DNA of 64,000 nt, from the NCBI GenBank assembly GCA_963701855.1, contig CAVPBK010000009.1:224001-288000 (forward strand), read 5' to 3'. Under the pieces are notes generated by a model. The model made no database searches and was not told the origin of the DNA. It saw only the letters and a program-made list of their open reading frames with translations. The DNA is from Nitrospirota bacterium (GTDB taxonomy: Bacteria; Nitrospirota; Nitrospiria; Nitrospirales; Nitrospiraceae). A program made the position numbers and the translations under genes. Within the stretch, counting starts at the first letter, position 1. The number at the start of each line of letters is the position of its first letter. Below, piece after piece: positions 50,681 through 62,819 of this stretch.

Positions 50681-51267
50681 AACTGAACCGGCGCGTTCCA
50701 TCGCTTGATCGCCGGGATGCCACGGTAATAGCTCAGGATGTTCATTGTGGCTGTATCAAGCAAAAAGCGTTGGCCTTCCGAAGGAGGGAGGCCCAGCCAG
50801 CGAGCCGCAAAGACTCTGAGCACGTGCCCATGGGCGAACAAGATGACATTGCCCTTGACGGCGCGCGCTTTCTCAATCACACGATCGACCCGTGCGCCGA
50901 TTTCACCTGGCTGTTCCCCGCCAGGGCCGCCATCTCGAAAGAGCAACCAGCCTGGGACCGTCGCATGGATCTGGCCGGGCGTCAATCCCTCATAGCTCCC
51001 GTAGTTCCACTCCACCAGATCAGGCTCGATCTGTGCCACGTCTCCGAAACCGGCTAGCTTGCAGGTATCTCTGGCTCGTTGCAAAGGACTCGTCAGGGCC
51101 AGCGCGAACGACTCCTTCGCGAGGATCGGCTGCAATAGTCTCGCCACTTGTCGGCCGTTTTCCGTCAGCGGGATATCGGTGGTCCCGGTGTGTCGTCCGT
51201 TGAGACTCCACTCGGTTTCGCCGTGACGCACGAGAAATACTTGTTGCGTCTGGAGCAGCCATAGCAA
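50677..51267 (-). CDS. Histidine phosphatase resembling Shb17/Gpm2 sugar-bisphosphatases
   Basis: RHGETEWS..GRHTG, EWNYGSYEGLT and FAHGHVLRVFAARWLGL; the likely ATG at 51262 is out of frame by one base. Confidence 0.85.
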   Translation of the reverse strand: MLWLLQTQQVFLVRHGETEWSLNGRHTGTTDIPLTENGRQVARLLQPILAKESFALALTSPLQRARDTCKLAGFGDVAQIEPDLVEWNYGSYEGLTPGQIHATVPGWLLFRDGGPGGEQPGEIGARVDRVIEKARAVKGNVILFAHGHVLRVFAARWLGLPPSEGQRFLLDTATMNILSYYRGIPAIKRWNAPVQF

Positions 51268-51334
51268 GCCTACCGAATAGGAGCACGAGTACTGCGCCGT
51301 TCGAGTGACAAAGAAGAGACAATCGGGCTTGCGG

Positions 51335-52904
51335 TCATGATGCGGCCTCCACTCTTCCGGCCATTTGTGGACTGCGAAGCCCAGCCGAGCGGTTCGAGGT
51401 GATCGTTAGCGCACGCAGCCATTCCAAAGCCGAGTCGGACAGCATCTGCTCTGTGCAGCGCCAGCGCCAGTTGCCCTCGGCACTGCCGGGCACGTTCATC
51501 CGAGCCTCTTTACCCAGGTTGAGCACGTCCTGTAGCGGTGCGATCGCGAGCGCGGCAATCGACGACCAGGCCAGACGTATCAGCGCGGGCGCGGCCTCGC
51601 TGCTGTCGCCCCCGGAACGTTTCATACAACTCCAGAGGTTCTGCCGCTGGATCGTCGGGCAGATCCTCGTACCACTCACGAGTCGTGGGATTGTCATGGG
51701 TACCGGTGTACACCACGGTGTTCGCGACATAGTTGCTCGGCAGATACGGATTGTCCGCATGACCGTCGAAGGCGAACTGGAGGACTCGCGTCCCTGGCAC
51801 ATTGAAACGGTCGCGGAGATCATAGACGTCCGGCGTAATCTCCCCCAAGTCCTCCGCGATGAAGGGAAGCCCGCACAGCTCTTTCTGGACGGTACTGAAT
51901 AATTCGGCCCCGGGCCCCGGCACCCAGCGGCCAGTTTGGGCCGTCGGCGCGCCGGCCGGAATGTGCCAGGCGGCTGCGAACGCGCGGAAATGGTCCAGGC
52001 GAATGGCGTCCACGTGGGCGAGCAATGCGCGCACGCGGTCCACCCACCAACGGTAGCCGGTCCGGCGCAGAGCGTCCCAGTCGTAAACGGGGTTGCCCCA
52101 AAGCTGTCCCTGGGCAGTGAAGTAGTCGGGGGGGCAACCGGCGAGGACCAGCGGCCGGCATTGCTCATCCAGCAAGAACAGCTCAGGGTTCGCCCACACG
52201 TCGCTCGAGTCCGGAGACACGAAGAACGGCAGGTCACCGATCAGCCGCACGCCCCGGGATTGCGCATGCTGCTTCAGGCGCGCCGCCTGGCGAAAGAACA
52301 GGAACTGGGCGAGACGGACCTGATCGATCTGGCTCGCCAACTCTTGCCGGGCCTGGGCCAGCGCGCTCGGAGCGCGACGAGTCAGCTCGGCCGGCCATTC
52401 AAGATAGTGGACCCCATCGTACCTCAACTTCAGTGCGCGAAACAGCGCGTAGTCCTCCAGCCAGCAGGCATGGTCCCGGCAGAACTGTGCATAAGCGGGC
52501 CGCAGATCCGGCCGCGCGCCGGCATTGAAATTGGTCCAGGCCTTGTCGAGCAGCCGAAGCTTGAACATGAAGACGGCGTCGTAGTCGACCGCGTCTGACG
52601 AAAACGACCGACCCTCACAATCGCTCACCTGCAACAGTCCGTCCTCGATCAACCAGTCCGGGCTCATGAGGAGCCCATTGCCGGCGAATGACGACAGTGG
52701 TTGATATGGAGAATCGCCGTCACCTACGCCGATTGGTCCCACCGGCAACGCCTGCCACCAGCTCTGCCCCGCCTCGTGGAGGCGGTCGATCCAGGCGAGC
52801 GCCATTGGGCCCACATCGCCTATGCCGTAGGGCGAGGGCAGCGACGTGATGTGCAGCAGCACACCGGAGGCCCGGTAGTTGGATGGGAACGGGGGAAGGC
52901 TCAT
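51335..52904 (-). CDS. malQ: 4-alpha-glucanotransferase (amylomaltase) with a +1 frameshift at ~51650
   Basis: [37 protein letters not shown]; the tail QDVLNLG..RMNVPG..GNWRWR is in the next frame. Confidence 0.92.
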
Positions 52905-54553
52905 CGGTGGTCACTCCCCAGTGCGTGGTTCACCATCTCTTGGGCCTCTCTCACGAGGGCCTCTAGGTGGCCCTGATTCTTGAAACTCTCTGCATAGATC
53001 TTGTAAATGTTTTCGGTCCCGGAGGGCCGGGCCGCGAACCAGCCGTTGGCGGTGATGACTTTCAATCCGCCGATCGAGGCGTTGTTGCCCGGCGCTTTGG
53101 TTAGCTTGGCAGTGATCTGGTCGCCGGCAAGCGTTGATGCCGTGACGGCATCGGGCGACAATTTTCCCAGCCTTTCTTTCTGCTCGGGCGTGGCCGCCGC
53201 ATCGATGCGTGTGTAGAGAGGATTTCCAAATTCAGCCGTCAGTTCGCGGTAATGCTCCCCCGGATCTTTGCCGGTTCTGGCCGTGATCTCGGCCGCGAGC
53301 AGGTTCATGATCGGGCCATCCTTGTCGGTCGTCCACACGGTGCCGTCGTGACGGAGAAAGCTTGCTCCGGCGCTCTCTTCACCGCCGAAGCAGCATGAGC
53401 CGTCGAACAGGCCTGGCACAAACCACTTGAAACCGACCGGCACTTCGCACAGCCGGCGGCCGAGTTTGGCGACGACACGGTCGATCATGCCGCTTGACAC
53501 CAACGTCTTGCCGACGAACGCGTCGGTGGGCCACTGAGGTCGATGCGTGAGCAGATAGCGAATCGCCACGGCAAGATAATGGTTGGGATTCATCAGCCCG
53601 GCGGACGGCGTCACGATCCCGTGGCGGTCCGAGTCCGGGTCGTTGGCAAAGGCAAGTCGAAACCGGTCTTTCAGGCCGACGAGGCTGGCCATCGCATAGG
53701 GGCTCGAGCAATCCATCCGGATCTTGCCGTCGTGATCAACCGTCATGAAGGAGAAGGTCGGGTCGACTTTCGGATTCACGACGGTGATGTTCAGCTTATA
53801 GACCCTATTGATCGGCTCCCAGTAATGGACCGCAGCGCCGCCAAGCGGATCCACGCCCAGCACGAGACCCGCCTCGCGGATGATCTCCATGTCGATCACG
53901 TTCCGAAGGTCTTGCACATAGGGCAGGATGTAGTCTTCCTGCCGCGTGGTCGCCGCCTTGAACGCCTTCTCGAACGGCACCCGCTTGACGCCGGCGTTGC
54001 CTTCACGCAGCAATGCATTCGCACGATCCTGCATCCATTTCGTCACATCGGTATCGGCCGGTCCGCCGTTGGGCGGGTTGTACTTGATGCCCCCGTCCTC
54101 CGGCGGGTTATGCGAGGGCGTGACCACGATCCCGTCCGCGAGATGCGCCTTGCGGCCGTGGTTGTAGGCCAGGATGGCTCGTGAGATGACAGGCGTGGGC
54201 GTCACACCGTCGTCCTGCTGGATGACGGTGTGCACGTCGTTCGCCGCCAGGACTTCGAGCGCCGTTCGCTGAGCCGGCCCGGAGAGCGCGTGCGTGTCCT
54301 TGCCCATATAGAGCGGGCCGTCGATGCCCTGACCGCGCCGGTAGTCGCAAATGGCCTGCGTAATGGCGAGAATGTGCGCCTCGTTGAACGAGCCGCGGAA
54401 CGACGATCCGCGATGCCCGCTCGTGCCGAAGGCGACCGACTGGTTGGGATCTCCCATATCCGGTTTGCGCGCGTAATAGTCCCCTTCGAGCTTGGCCAGA
54501 TCCACTAACATCCCGATCGGAGCCGGCTTGCCTGCTAAAGGTGAAATCGCCAT
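52901..54553 (-). CDS. pgm: Phosphoglucomutase
   Basis: [32 protein letters not shown] and ARPSGTE. Confidence 0.95.
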   Translation of the reverse strand: MAISPLAGKPAPIGMLVDLAKLEGDYYARKPDMGDPNQSVAFGTSGHRGSSFRGSFNEAHILAITQAICDYRRGQGIDGPLYMGKDTHALSGPAQRTALEVLAANDVHTVIQQDDGVTPTPVISRAILAYNHGRKAHLADGIVVTPSHNPPEDGGIKYNPPNGGPADTDVTKWMQDRANALLREGNAGVKRVPFEKAFKAATTRQEDYILPYVQDLRNVIDMEIIREAGLVLGVDPLGGAAVHYWEPINRVYKLNITVVNPKVDPTFSFMTVDHDGKIRMDCSSPYAMASLVGLKDRFRLAFANDPDSDRHGIVTPSAGLMNPNHYLAVAIRYLLTHRPQWPTDAFVGKTLVSSGMIDRVVAKLGRRLCEVPVGFKWFVPGLFDGSCCFGGEESAGASFLRHDGTVWTTDKDGPIMNLLAAEITARTGKDPGEHYRELTAEFGNPLYTRIDAAATPEQKERLGKLSPDAVTASTLAGDQITAKLTKAPGNNASIGGLKVITANGWFAARPSGTENIYKIYAESFKNQGHLEALVREAQEMVNHALGSDHR

Positions 54554-54590
54554 GAGTGTCAAACCTTCTCTGTGACAGATCGTCGTGGTG

Positions 54591-57065
54591 TTATGGCACC
54601 GGACACGGCTTCACATTCCAAATGTCTTCTGCGTACTCCGCGATCGTACGGTCGCTGGAGAACTTCCCTGAGCCGGCGATATTCAAGATCGCTTTGCGTA
54701 CCCATCCATCCGAGTCGTAGTAAAGGTCGCACAGCTTCCGGTCGGCCCTGAGATAGGCCGTGAGGTCCGCCAGATGCATATAATGGTCTCCACCCGTCAG
54801 CAACGTGTGCCGCAGCGGTTCAAAGACGCCCGGTTCATACTGGTTGAAGTAGCCGGAGAAGATCAGGTCCAGCGCCGCGCGGGTTTCCGCCTCATTGTCA
54901 TAATGCCATTGTGGTCTGTACCAGTCCTTGCTGCCGGCCACCTGGTCCGCCGTGAGGCCGAACATGAAGAAGTGCTCCTCGCCCACTTCTTCTGCCATCT
55001 CGATGGTCGCGCCGTCGCGCGTCCCCAGCGTCAAGGCTCCGTTCATCATGAACTTCATGTTGCTCGTACCGCTGGCCTCGTACCCGGCTGTCGAAATCTG
55101 GTTGGAGACATCGGTGGCTGGAATCAGCCGCTCGGCAAGCGACACACAGTATTCCGGCAGGAACACGACCTTGAGTCGTCCGCGGACGATCGGATCTCCA
55201 TCGATGGTGCCGGCCAGATTATTGATGAACTTGATGATGACCTTGGCCAAATGGTAGGCCGGCGCCGCCTTGCCGGCAAAGAAAAATGTCCGCGGGGCTA
55301 TATCGAGGTTCGGATTCTCCCGCAACCGGTTGTACAATACGACGATGCGCAGCGCATTGAGCAGTTGCCGCTTGTATTCATGGATGCGTTTCACCTGGCA
55401 ATCGAAGATGCTATCCGGATCGACCGTTTGCCCGGATGTCGTCTTGAGCCACTGAACAAACTGCGATTTCGCATCGCGCTTGGCTTTACGGACCGCGTCG
55501 CGAAAGCCCTTGTCGCTGGACAGTTTTTTGAGCTTGCTCAGTTGACTGAGATCGGTAATCCATCCGTCTCCGATGGCTTCGGTGATGGCGTGCGAGAGCG
55601 CGGGGTTCGCCAGCAGCAACCAGCGTCGCGGCGTCACGCCGTTGGTCTTGTTGTTGAACCGCTCCGGAAACATCTCCGCCAGGTCCTTGACCGTCATCGT
55701 GCGGAGCAATCCTGAGTGAATGGCGGCCACGCCATTCGTACTATGCGTTCCAACGATGGCGAGATTGGCCATACGGACTTTACGCGTCGCGCCCTCCTCG
55801 ATGAGGCTTACGTTGGCGAGACGGCCTTCGTCGTCGCCGAATCGGACGCGCGCTTGGTCAAGATGCCGGCGGTTGATCTCGTAAATAATTTCCAAATGAC
55901 GCGGCAGCAAGAGCTTGAACCATTCCAGCGGCCATTTTTCCAATGCTTCGGGCAGCAGTGTATGGTTGGTATAGGCAAGCGATCGTTGAGTCAGATCCCA
56001 AGCATGGTCCCAACCGAGCTGCGCGTCGTCCAGAAGAATCCGCATCAGCTCGGGGACGGCCATCGTCGGATGCGTATCGTTCATCTGGATGGCGACTTTC
56101 TCGGGCAGGGCGTTCCAGTCGGTGTTGCCGCGCCGGAAGCGCCGCACAAGGTCGCCCAGCGAGCAGGCGACGAGGAAATACTCCTGCAGGAACCGCAACC
56201 CCTGGCCTCGCACTGTGGAGTCGTCGGGATAGAGCACACGCGTCAGGGACTCGGCCGCAAGCGTTCCAGCCAACGCGGCTACGAAATCACCGCTGCTGAA
56301 TCGCTGGAAGTCGAAGTAATCCGGTACCGCCGCAGCCCAAAGCCGGAGTGTATTGATGTTCTTTCCACCGTACCCGACGACGGGACGGTCGAACGGGATG
56401 CCGATAATGCTGGACGTCCGCCCAGGGATCATGCGTAATACCCCGTCGTGCAGCCCGAACGAGCAGTTCAATTTTACTTCAACCGATTCCTCGAGCCGTG
56501 CCACTTCCCAGGGATCAGGACGACGCAACCAATTATCCGGCTGTTCGCATTGCCAGCCATCCTTGATTGTTTGCTTGAAGATTCCGTATTCGTAACGAAG
56601 TCCATAACCCATCCCGGGAATCTGCATCGTCGCCATCGAATCGATGAAACAAGCCGCCAGCCGGCCAAGCCCGCCGTTGCCTAAACCGGCATCCGGCTCC
56701 CTTTCGACCAATGCCAGGAAGTCGACGCCTTTTATTTTCGCGGCCTCCATCGCCAATGGGTTGAGCAAGGCATTGGTGACGTTGTTCGCAAGCGACCTCC
56801 CAAGCAGAAATTCCATCGACAGGTAATACACCCGCTTGGCATTCTTCTGCTCGTAGGTATTTTCTGTCTTAAGCCAGCGTTGTGAAATGATATCGCGGAT
56901 CGACCGTGCTGCCGATTCAAACTGCTCCCGCAAATCGGCCTTCTTGGGATCAACGACATGGTCGAAAATCAGATGCCGCTCAAAGAGGGCGTCTTTCGTG
57001 CCCGAGAACTGGATGAGATCCGCTCCATATTGTTGAAGAATTTCGTTCTGGCGGTTCTTTTCCAT
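54591..57065 (-). CDS. glgP: Glycogen phosphorylase
   Basis: [22 protein letters not shown] and the PLP site EASGTSNMK. Confidence 0.96.
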   Translation of the reverse strand: MEKNRQNEILQQYGADLIQFSGTKDALFERHLIFDHVVDPKKADLREQFESAARSIRDIISQRWLKTENTYEQKNAKRVYYLSMEFLLGRSLANNVTNALLNPLAMEAAKIKGVDFLALVEREPDAGLGNGGLGRLAACFIDSMATMQIPGMGYGLRYEYGIFKQTIKDGWQCEQPDNWLRRPDPWEVARLEESVEVKLNCSFGLHDGVLRMIPGRTSSIIGIPFDRPVVGYGGKNINTLRLWAAAVPDYFDFQRFSSGDFVAALAGTLAAESLTRVLYPDDSTVRGQGLRFLQEYFLVACSLGDLVRRFRRGNTDWNALPEKVAIQMNDTHPTMAVPELMRILLDDAQLGWDHAWDLTQRSLAYTNHTLLPEALEKWPLEWFKLLLPRHLEIIYEINRRHLDQARVRFGDDEGRLANVSLIEEGATRKVRMANLAIVGTHSTNGVAAIHSGLLRTMTVKDLAEMFPERFNNKTNGVTPRRWLLLANPALSHAITEAIGDGWITDLSQLSKLKKLSSDKGFRDAVRKAKRDAKSQFVQWLKTTSGQTVDPDSIFDCQVKRIHEYKRQLLNALRIVVLYNRLRENPNLDIAPRTFFFAGKAAPAYHLAKVIIKFINNLAGTIDGDPIVRGRLKVVFLPEYCVSLAERLIPATDVSNQISTAGYEASGTSNMKFMMNGALTLGTRDGATIEMAEEVGEEHFFMFGLTADQVAGSKDWYRPQWHYDNEAETRAALDLIFSGYFNQYEPGVFEPLRHTLLTGGDHYMHLADLTAYLRADRKLCDLYYDSDGWVRKAILNIAGSGKFSSDRTIAEYAEDIWNVKPCPVP

Positions 57066-57076
57066 AATTCCTCCAA

Positions 57077-57166
57077 CTGGTCTGTCTCGTCTATCTGGTC
57101 CGTCTGGTTAAACAAGATCAACCAGATGAACCAGACAAACCGACTCAGCTTTTCCGCAGCCTGTTA
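57077..57166. repeat. 9-mer hairpin element with one MITE-type end that overlaps the xfp stop codon
   Basis: TCTCGTCTATCTGGTCCGTCTGG...AACCAGATGAACCAGAC...TTTTCCGCAGCCTGTTAA. Confidence 0.7.
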
Positions 57167-59572
57167 AACGTTGTCTCCCTCCGTCGTGGTCCTCTTCCTC
57201 GTTGCCGCTTTCACCTTACCCCATTGCCAGTCGGTGATTTCCGGCATGTCTTCGCCATACTTCGCGATGTATTCTTTGTGCTCGATCAGTTTGTCGCGAA
57301 TCGCCTGCTTGAAATAGGCGGCGCGGGACCCGAGTTGCGGCAGCCGATCGATCACGTCGGCGGCGAGGTGAAACCGGTCGAGATCGTTCATCACCACCAT
57401 GTCGAACGGCGTGCTCGTCGTGCCTTCTTCCTTATAGCCTCGCACATGCATGTTCTTATGGTTCGTCCGCCGATAGGTGAGCCGATGGATGAGCCACGGG
57501 TAGCCGTGGAAGGCAAACACGATCGGCTTGTCCTTGGTGAACAGCGCATCGAAGTCCAGGTCGGACAGGCCATGCGGGTGCTCGCTCTGCGGCTGCAGTT
57601 TCATTAAATTGACGACGTTGATGACGCGGATCTTCAGCTCCGGGAGATGCTGACGAAACAGATCCACGGCGGCCAGCGTCTCCAGCGTCGGCACGTCTCC
57701 GCAACAGGCCATGACGACATCAGGATCTCCCCCCTTGTCGTTGCTGGCCCATTCCCAGATTCCGATGCCCGCCGTGCAGTGCTTGATCGCCTGGTCCATC
57801 GTCAACCATTGCGGAGCAGGCTGCTTGCCCGCGACGATGACGTTCACATAATTACGGCTGCGCAGACAGTGATCGGTGACCGACAGAAGCGTGTTGGCAT
57901 CCGGCGGCAGATAGACGCGCACTACCTCCGCTTTCTTGTTCACGACGTGATCGATGAAGCCGGGGTCTTGATGGCTGAATCCATTATGATCCTGCCGCCA
58001 GACGTGGGAGGACAAGAGATAGTTGAGCGACGCAATCGGCCGCCGCCAAGGGATGTGGTTGCAGACCTTCAGCCACTTGGCATGCTGGTTGAACATCGAG
58101 TCGATAATGTGAATGAACGCCTCGTAGCAGGAAAAAAACCCGTGCCGGCCGCTCAAGAGATACCCTTCCAGCCACCCCTGGCACTGGTGCTCACTGAGCA
58201 TTTCCATTACGCGTCCGTCAGGGGCCAAATGGTCATCGTATGGATAGCGATCCGCCATCCACGCGCGGTTGGTGACCTCCAGCGCATCTTGCCAGCGGTT
58301 TGAGTTGTTCTCGTCCGGACTGAACAGACGGAAATTACGGCTCTCCCTGTTCATCTTCATCGTGTCGGCCAGGAACTTTCCCATGTGGCGGGTGGACTCG
58401 GCCTCAATGGCGCCGGGTGTCGTGACCTTGACGGCATAGTCGCGGAAGTCCGGCAGACGCAAGTCCCTGAGCAGGAGGCCGCCGTTGGCGTGCGGATTGG
58501 CGCTCATGCGGCGCGTACCCTTCGGCGGAAGATCAGCGAGCTCAGGCATCAGCCGGCCGGTTTTGTCGAACAGCTCCTCCGGCTTGTAGCTCTTCATCCA
58601 CTTTTCGAGAATTTTCACGTGCTCGGGCTTCTCGTGCATTTCACCCATCGGCACCTGGTGGCTACGCCAGTAGTCCTCGCACCGTTTGCCGTCGATTTCC
58701 TTCGGACAGGTCCACCCCTTGGGCGAACGGAGGATGATCATCGGCCAACGCGGCCGCTCCTTCACACCTTTCGTCCGCGCCTGGGTCTGGATGCTGCGGA
58801 TTTCATCCATGCAGGTGTCGATGGTGTCAGCCATGAGCTGGTGCATCTTGGCCGGATCACTGCCCTCGACAAAATGGGGCGTGTATCCATAGCCGCGGAA
58901 GAGCTGATCCAATTCTTCGTGGCTGATACGAGCCAACACGCAAGGATTGGCGATCTTGTACCCGTTCAGGTGCAGGATCGGCAGCACGGCTCCGTCGGTC
59001 GCCGGATTGAGGAACTTGTTGGAGTGCCAGGAAGTCGCCAATGGTCCGGTTTCCGCCTCGCCGTCGCCGACCACGCAGGCGACGATCAGGTCGGGATTGT
59101 CATACGCAGCCCCGTATGCGTGAGAAACCGCATACCCCAATTCGCCGCCTTCGTGTATGGAGCCGGGGGTCTCGGGCGCCACGTGGCTGGGAATGCCTCC
59201 GGGGAACGAGAACTGCTTGAACAGCCGCTGCATGCCCTCCTCGTCCTGTGCGATATTCGGATAGACCTCCGAGTAGGTGCCTTCCATGTAGGTATTGGCG
59301 ACGATGCCGGGGCCGCCATGACCCGGACCGATAATGTAGATCATGCTGAGGTCGCGTGCCTTGATCGCTCGATTCAGATGGGCATAGATGAAATTCAGGC
59401 CCGGGGTGGTGCCCCAGTGACCCAGCAGCCGCGCCTTCACATGCTCCTTACTCAGCGGCTTCTTCAGCAGCGGGTTATCGTGCAGATAAATCTGTCCCAC
59501 CGAGAGATAGTTCGCCGCCCTCCAATAGGCATCAATCAATTTCAGTTCCTTCTGCGATATCGGATTTCCCAT
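57164..59572 (-). CDS. xfp: Xylulose-5-P/fructose-6-P phosphoketolase
   Basis: [30 protein letters not shown] and [12 protein letters not shown]. Confidence 0.96.
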   Translation of the reverse strand: MGNPISQKELKLIDAYWRAANYLSVGQIYLHDNPLLKKPLSKEHVKARLLGHWGTTPGLNFIYAHLNRAIKARDLSMIYIIGPGHGGPGIVANTYMEGTYSEVYPNIAQDEEGMQRLFKQFSFPGGIPSHVAPETPGSIHEGGELGYAVSHAYGAAYDNPDLIVACVVGDGEAETGPLATSWHSNKFLNPATDGAVLPILHLNGYKIANPCVLARISHEELDQLFRGYGYTPHFVEGSDPAKMHQLMADTIDTCMDEIRSIQTQARTKGVKERPRWPMIILRSPKGWTCPKEIDGKRCEDYWRSHQVPMGEMHEKPEHVKILEKWMKSYKPEELFDKTGRLMPELADLPPKGTRRMSANPHANGGLLLRDLRLPDFRDYAVKVTTPGAIEAESTRHMGKFLADTMKMNRESRNFRLFSPDENNSNRWQDALEVTNRAWMADRYPYDDHLAPDGRVMEMLSEHQCQGWLEGYLLSGRHGFFSCYEAFIHIIDSMFNQHAKWLKVCNHIPWRRPIASLNYLLSSHVWRQDHNGFSHQDPGFIDHVVNKKAEVVRVYLPPDANTLLSVTDHCLRSRNYVNVIVAGKQPAPQWLTMDQAIKHCTAGIGIWEWASNDKGGDPDVVMACCGDVPTLETLAAVDLFRQHLPELKIRVINVVNLMKLQPQSEHPHGLSDLDFDALFTKDKPIVFAFHGYPWLIHRLTYRRTNHKNMHVRGYKEEGTTSTPFDMVVMNDLDRFHLAADVIDRLPQLGSRAAYFKQAIRDKLIEHKEYIAKYGEDMPEITDWQWGKVKAATRKRTTTEGDNV

Positions 59573-59615
59573 GACCTCTCCTTTCCCTCTGATTGATATA
59601 CTCGGCTCTGTTGAC

Positions 59616-60842
59616 TTATGGACGTCCGCCTCGCACGCACTGAACCGTCTCCCTGGCGATCCAGGTTTCTTCGTCCGCCGCGACCACGTAAGCCGCCAAC
59701 CGCGATCCATCCACACTGATTTTTGCTGCACGACCAGGCGCAAGCCCGATCGCCGCTCGATTAAAGTCGGGATCGAGCCTCAAGCCGCACCATTCCATCT
59801 TCTTGCAAATCCGGTCTCGAATCTCCGGTGCGTTTTCTCCGATCCCACCTCCGAAGACGATGGCATCGGCGCCGCCTAACAGGGCAAGGTAGGAACCGAG
59901 ATACTTGCGCGCCCGATAGCAGAATAGATCAATGGCGAACTCCGCCCGTTTGTCCTGCTCCTGCTCGGCCGCGCGAAGCAGCTCCCGCATGTCGTTTGAG
60001 CGACCTGACAGTCCGAGGAGGCCCGACCGCTCGTTGAGCCACCGCTCGACTTCTGCTGCTTCGACCTTCTCCCGGTCGGACAAGTAGCCGACGATGGAGG
60101 CATCGACATCGCCCGAACGTGTCCCCATCACCAACCCCTCCAACGGGGTGAACCCCATCGAGGTTTCGACCGACCGGCCTTGTGCGATCGCGGCGATGGA
60201 GCAGCCATTGCCCAACTGCAGGGTGATCAGACGCGCCTCCTCCAAGGGAGTCCCCGTCACTGCCGCATATCCATCCGCGAGCGAAGCGTGAGCTATCCCA
60301 TGGAATCCGTAGCGGCGGATCCGGTGCCGCTCTGCCAGCTCAACAGGGAGCGCATACTGCCTGGCGACTTCCGGCATGGTCTGGTGAAAGGCCGTGTCGA
60401 ACACTGCCACCATCGGTCGCGTCGGGCCAAAAGCCGCCCGCGCTCCGCGAATCCCTGCGAGGCACGAGGGATTATGCAGGGGCGCCAACTCGGACAGCGC
60501 CTCGATTCCGGCCTCTACCTGCTCAGTAATCATTGTGGACTTCACAAACTGATCTCCTCCGTGCACCACCCGATGTCCGACCGCTTCGATCTGGCCCAGA
60601 GATCCGGCCAGTCGATCGAGCAGAACACGCAACGCATGCGCATGGTCCCGAATCTCCAACGTCGTCGTCGAACGGTCTACAGCCTGTCCCGTCACCTCGA
60701 AGCTTGCGACGCTCCCGATGCCCTTCACGGCGCCTTGGAGCAATGCCGGCCGAGTTGTCAGTACGCCCCCCGGCTCTTCGACCACCTCCACGAGCCGAAA
60801 CTTGATCGACGAACTCCCGCTGTTGATCACCAGAACCTGCAT
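59616..60842 (-). CDS. ackA: Acetate kinase
   Basis: [31 protein letters not shown] and [17 protein letters not shown]. Confidence 0.95.
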   Translation of the reverse strand: MQVLVINSGSSSIKFRLVEVVEEPGGVLTTRPALLQGAVKGIGSVASFEVTGQAVDRSTTTLEIRDHAHALRVLLDRLAGSLGQIEAVGHRVVHGGDQFVKSTMITEQVEAGIEALSELAPLHNPSCLAGIRGARAAFGPTRPMVAVFDTAFHQTMPEVARQYALPVELAERHRIRRYGFHGIAHASLADGYAAVTGTPLEEARLITLQLGNGCSIAAIAQGRSVETSMGFTPLEGLVMGTRSGDVDASIVGYLSDREKVEAAEVERWLNERSGLLGLSGRSNDMRELLRAAEQEQDKRAEFAIDLFCYRARKYLGSYLALLGGADAIVFGGGIGENAPEIRDRICKKMEWCGLRLDPDFNRAAIGLAPGRAAKISVDGSRLAAYVVAADEETWIARETVQCVRGGRP

Positions 60843-60880
60843 GTCAATGCTGAAGCCTCGCGGCATGTGCCCGGAAGATA

Positions 60881-61956
60881 TCAGTCATCGTGCCAGTCCG
60901 AGCGATGCGCGGCTGCACTCCGCAGCGGCCGGTTCGTGCCTCCAAGGCTTGTCGGTATAGCTGCCGATGGCGGCTCGCTGTTGCATTTGGCCCGATGATG
61001 GAAGGCCAGCTGGGCGGCTTTCAGGTTTTCGTTTTTGCCGATGCCAGGCTTCCAGCGCCACGATCCTGCAGGGCGCGACCGTATGAAAAACTGATCGTCC
61101 AGGGTTTCGGTCAGATCCAGGCGATTGATGGCATCGAGATGCGCGGTCGCAAGTCACGCTCGGCTGCCCGCCGGACAAGAACACGATGCCGGGAACCGCC
61201 GCCGGCACATGACGGCGCAAACAGCGCAACGTGGCCGTTGCGACCTCCTGCACGGAGGCCTGCTTGGGACAAACTTTTCCGGCGATCACCATGCTGGGTT
61301 TCAGAGAGCATGCCTTCCAGCCGGACGCACTGCTCGAAGAGCGCGTCGAAGACCGTATGGAGCACCCAACTCGTGACCTCCTCGCAGCGTTCGATGGTGT
61401 GAGACCCGTCCATGAGAACCTCCGGCTCCACAATCGGCACGATGCCTTGTTCCTGGCACAGGGCGGCATACCGGGCCAGCGCATGGGCGTTGACGTTCAC
61501 GCACATCGGGCTGGGCAGTGCGTCGGTGATGCGAATGACCGCCCGCCACTTGGCGAATCGCGCGCCTATGGCCGCGTATTCCTTCAGGCGGTCCCGAAGT
61601 CCATCGAGTCCTTCGGTCATCTTTTCCTCCGGTGAACCGGTAAGCACCTTTGCACCGGTATCCACTTTGATCCCCGGAATAATCCCCTGCTTGGATAACA
61701 CTTCAGCCAACGGTATGCCCGCGGCGTTCTTCTGACGGATGGTCTCGTCATACATGATGACGCCGCTGATAAAAGCGGCAGCTCCCGGCGTCGTAAAAAA
61801 CATTTCGCGATAGGTGCGTCGGCTGTCCTCGGTGGAGGTAATCTTCAATGCGTCGAACCGCTTGGTGATTGTGGAAACTGTTTCATCTGCTGCCAGAATG
61901 CCCTTGCCTTCGGCTATCAACTCTCTTGCCGTCTGTTCCAGTTCTTGTCGTCCCAT
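60881..61956 (-). CDS. fba: Class I fructose-bisphosphate aldolase with several single-base indels in its 3' ~420 bp
   Basis: [23 protein letters not shown]; then LKPSMV, VFLSGG and SFSYGRALQ in shifting frames, ending HRSDWHDD*. Confidence 0.9.
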
Positions 61957-62128
61957 ATGGATGCCCCCCAATCTCTGGATTCGTTACTCCTCAATCCCCC
62001 CCGACCCAGTCCCTCTTATTTCCGGCAGATCCATCCGAAATATCTAAAAGAGGAAATACCTTATACATCGCTCTAAGTAGTTGCAACGGTAAATTTTTTG
62101 TAAATTTCCCGTCCTGTTCAGCTCGTCA

Positions 62129-62144
62129 AGCAAGAGCCTTGCCG
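62129..62144 (-). promoter_or_regulatory. sigma54-type promoter for the fba-ackA-xfp cluster
   Basis: CGGCAAGGCTCTTGCT (GG-N10-GC) ~170 bp upstream of fba. Confidence 0.55.
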
Positions 62145-62304
62145 TAAATACGTAGCGGGAATGAGTACGCTCTTTTCCTCAGAAACTTTAACTTTTCCAG
62201 AAGTTCAGAAGGGGACAGGCTTCAGATGGAAGGAGGTCCATGGGGAGAAACGCAACAAGCCGCAAGGGGAGTTGTCCTCATTCTCCTCACCCGGGAAAGA
62301 CTTA

Positions 62305-62490
62305 GCCGCTTCCAGGTTCAGCGTGGGTTCAGATCGATTCCGCCGCACCGAAAGTCGATTGCCGTCTTGAGTTTTCCCGTGTTGCGGAACCAGCAGGCCA
62401 TGCTCTTGATCTTCTGGATCTTACTGTTGAGCCCCTCGCTCACCGCGTTGGTCACCGGATGTTGCCCCCACAATGTACGCCTTGTTCATC
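62305..62490 (-). mobile_element. ISL3-family transposase C-terminal remnant with right end
   Basis: PVTNAVSEGLNSKIQKIKSMACWFRN..LKTAIDFRCGGIDLNP followed by CCCACGCTGAACCTGGAAGCGGC. Confidence 0.75.
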
Positions 62491-62544
62491 GCGTAGGCAT
62501 ACTGAAGCCGCGGCTGCAGCTTGAAGATGCAGGAGTTTGGCCCG

Positions 62545-62588
62545 TTGTAAACCGCAGGTTGGAGATTCAATTCCTTTCGCCGGCTCCA
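62545..62588 (+). pseudogene. Degenerate 3' half of tRNA-Thr(TGT), att remnant
   Basis: TTGTAAACCGCAGGTTGGAGATTCAATTCCTTTCGCCGGCTCCA; no 5' half. Confidence 0.6.
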
Positions 62589-62616
62589 CACAGTTGAACC
62601 TCCAACCTAGGGGTTT

Positions 62617-62670
62617 CGAAGGGGATGTGTCCCCTTCGTGGGGAGTATGCGAGGGGGCTGCCCCCTTCGC
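62617..62670. repeat. Two tandem REP-like AGGGG..CCCCT hairpins
   Basis: CGAAGGGGA-TGTG-TCCCCTTCG and GCGAGGGGG-CTG-CCCCCTTCGC. Confidence 0.6.
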
Positions 62671-62709
62671 AAGAGCCGATGAGGCAAGTTTCAGAGCCGA
62701 CCCGGCGAT

Positions 62710-62742
62710 GGTTGGATGGTTCGATTCCTCCCGCCAGCTCCA
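62710..62742 (+). pseudogene. Second tRNA 3'-end fragment (T-arm + CCA)
   Basis: GGTTCGATTCCTCCCGCCAGCTCCA, similar to the fragment at 62545-62588. Confidence 0.55.
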
Positions 62743-62819
62743 GACTACTCGCTGACATCCCAACCGATTCGGAATCGTCCTCTCCGCTGCTCCGGAGTTT
62801 TGGATACGATCCAGGCCTG

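Noticed and set aside
62520..62742. Functional tRNA genes (also 10270-10313)
   Set aside because: Only 3' halves; no D-arm or 5' acceptor strand, and mismatched stems
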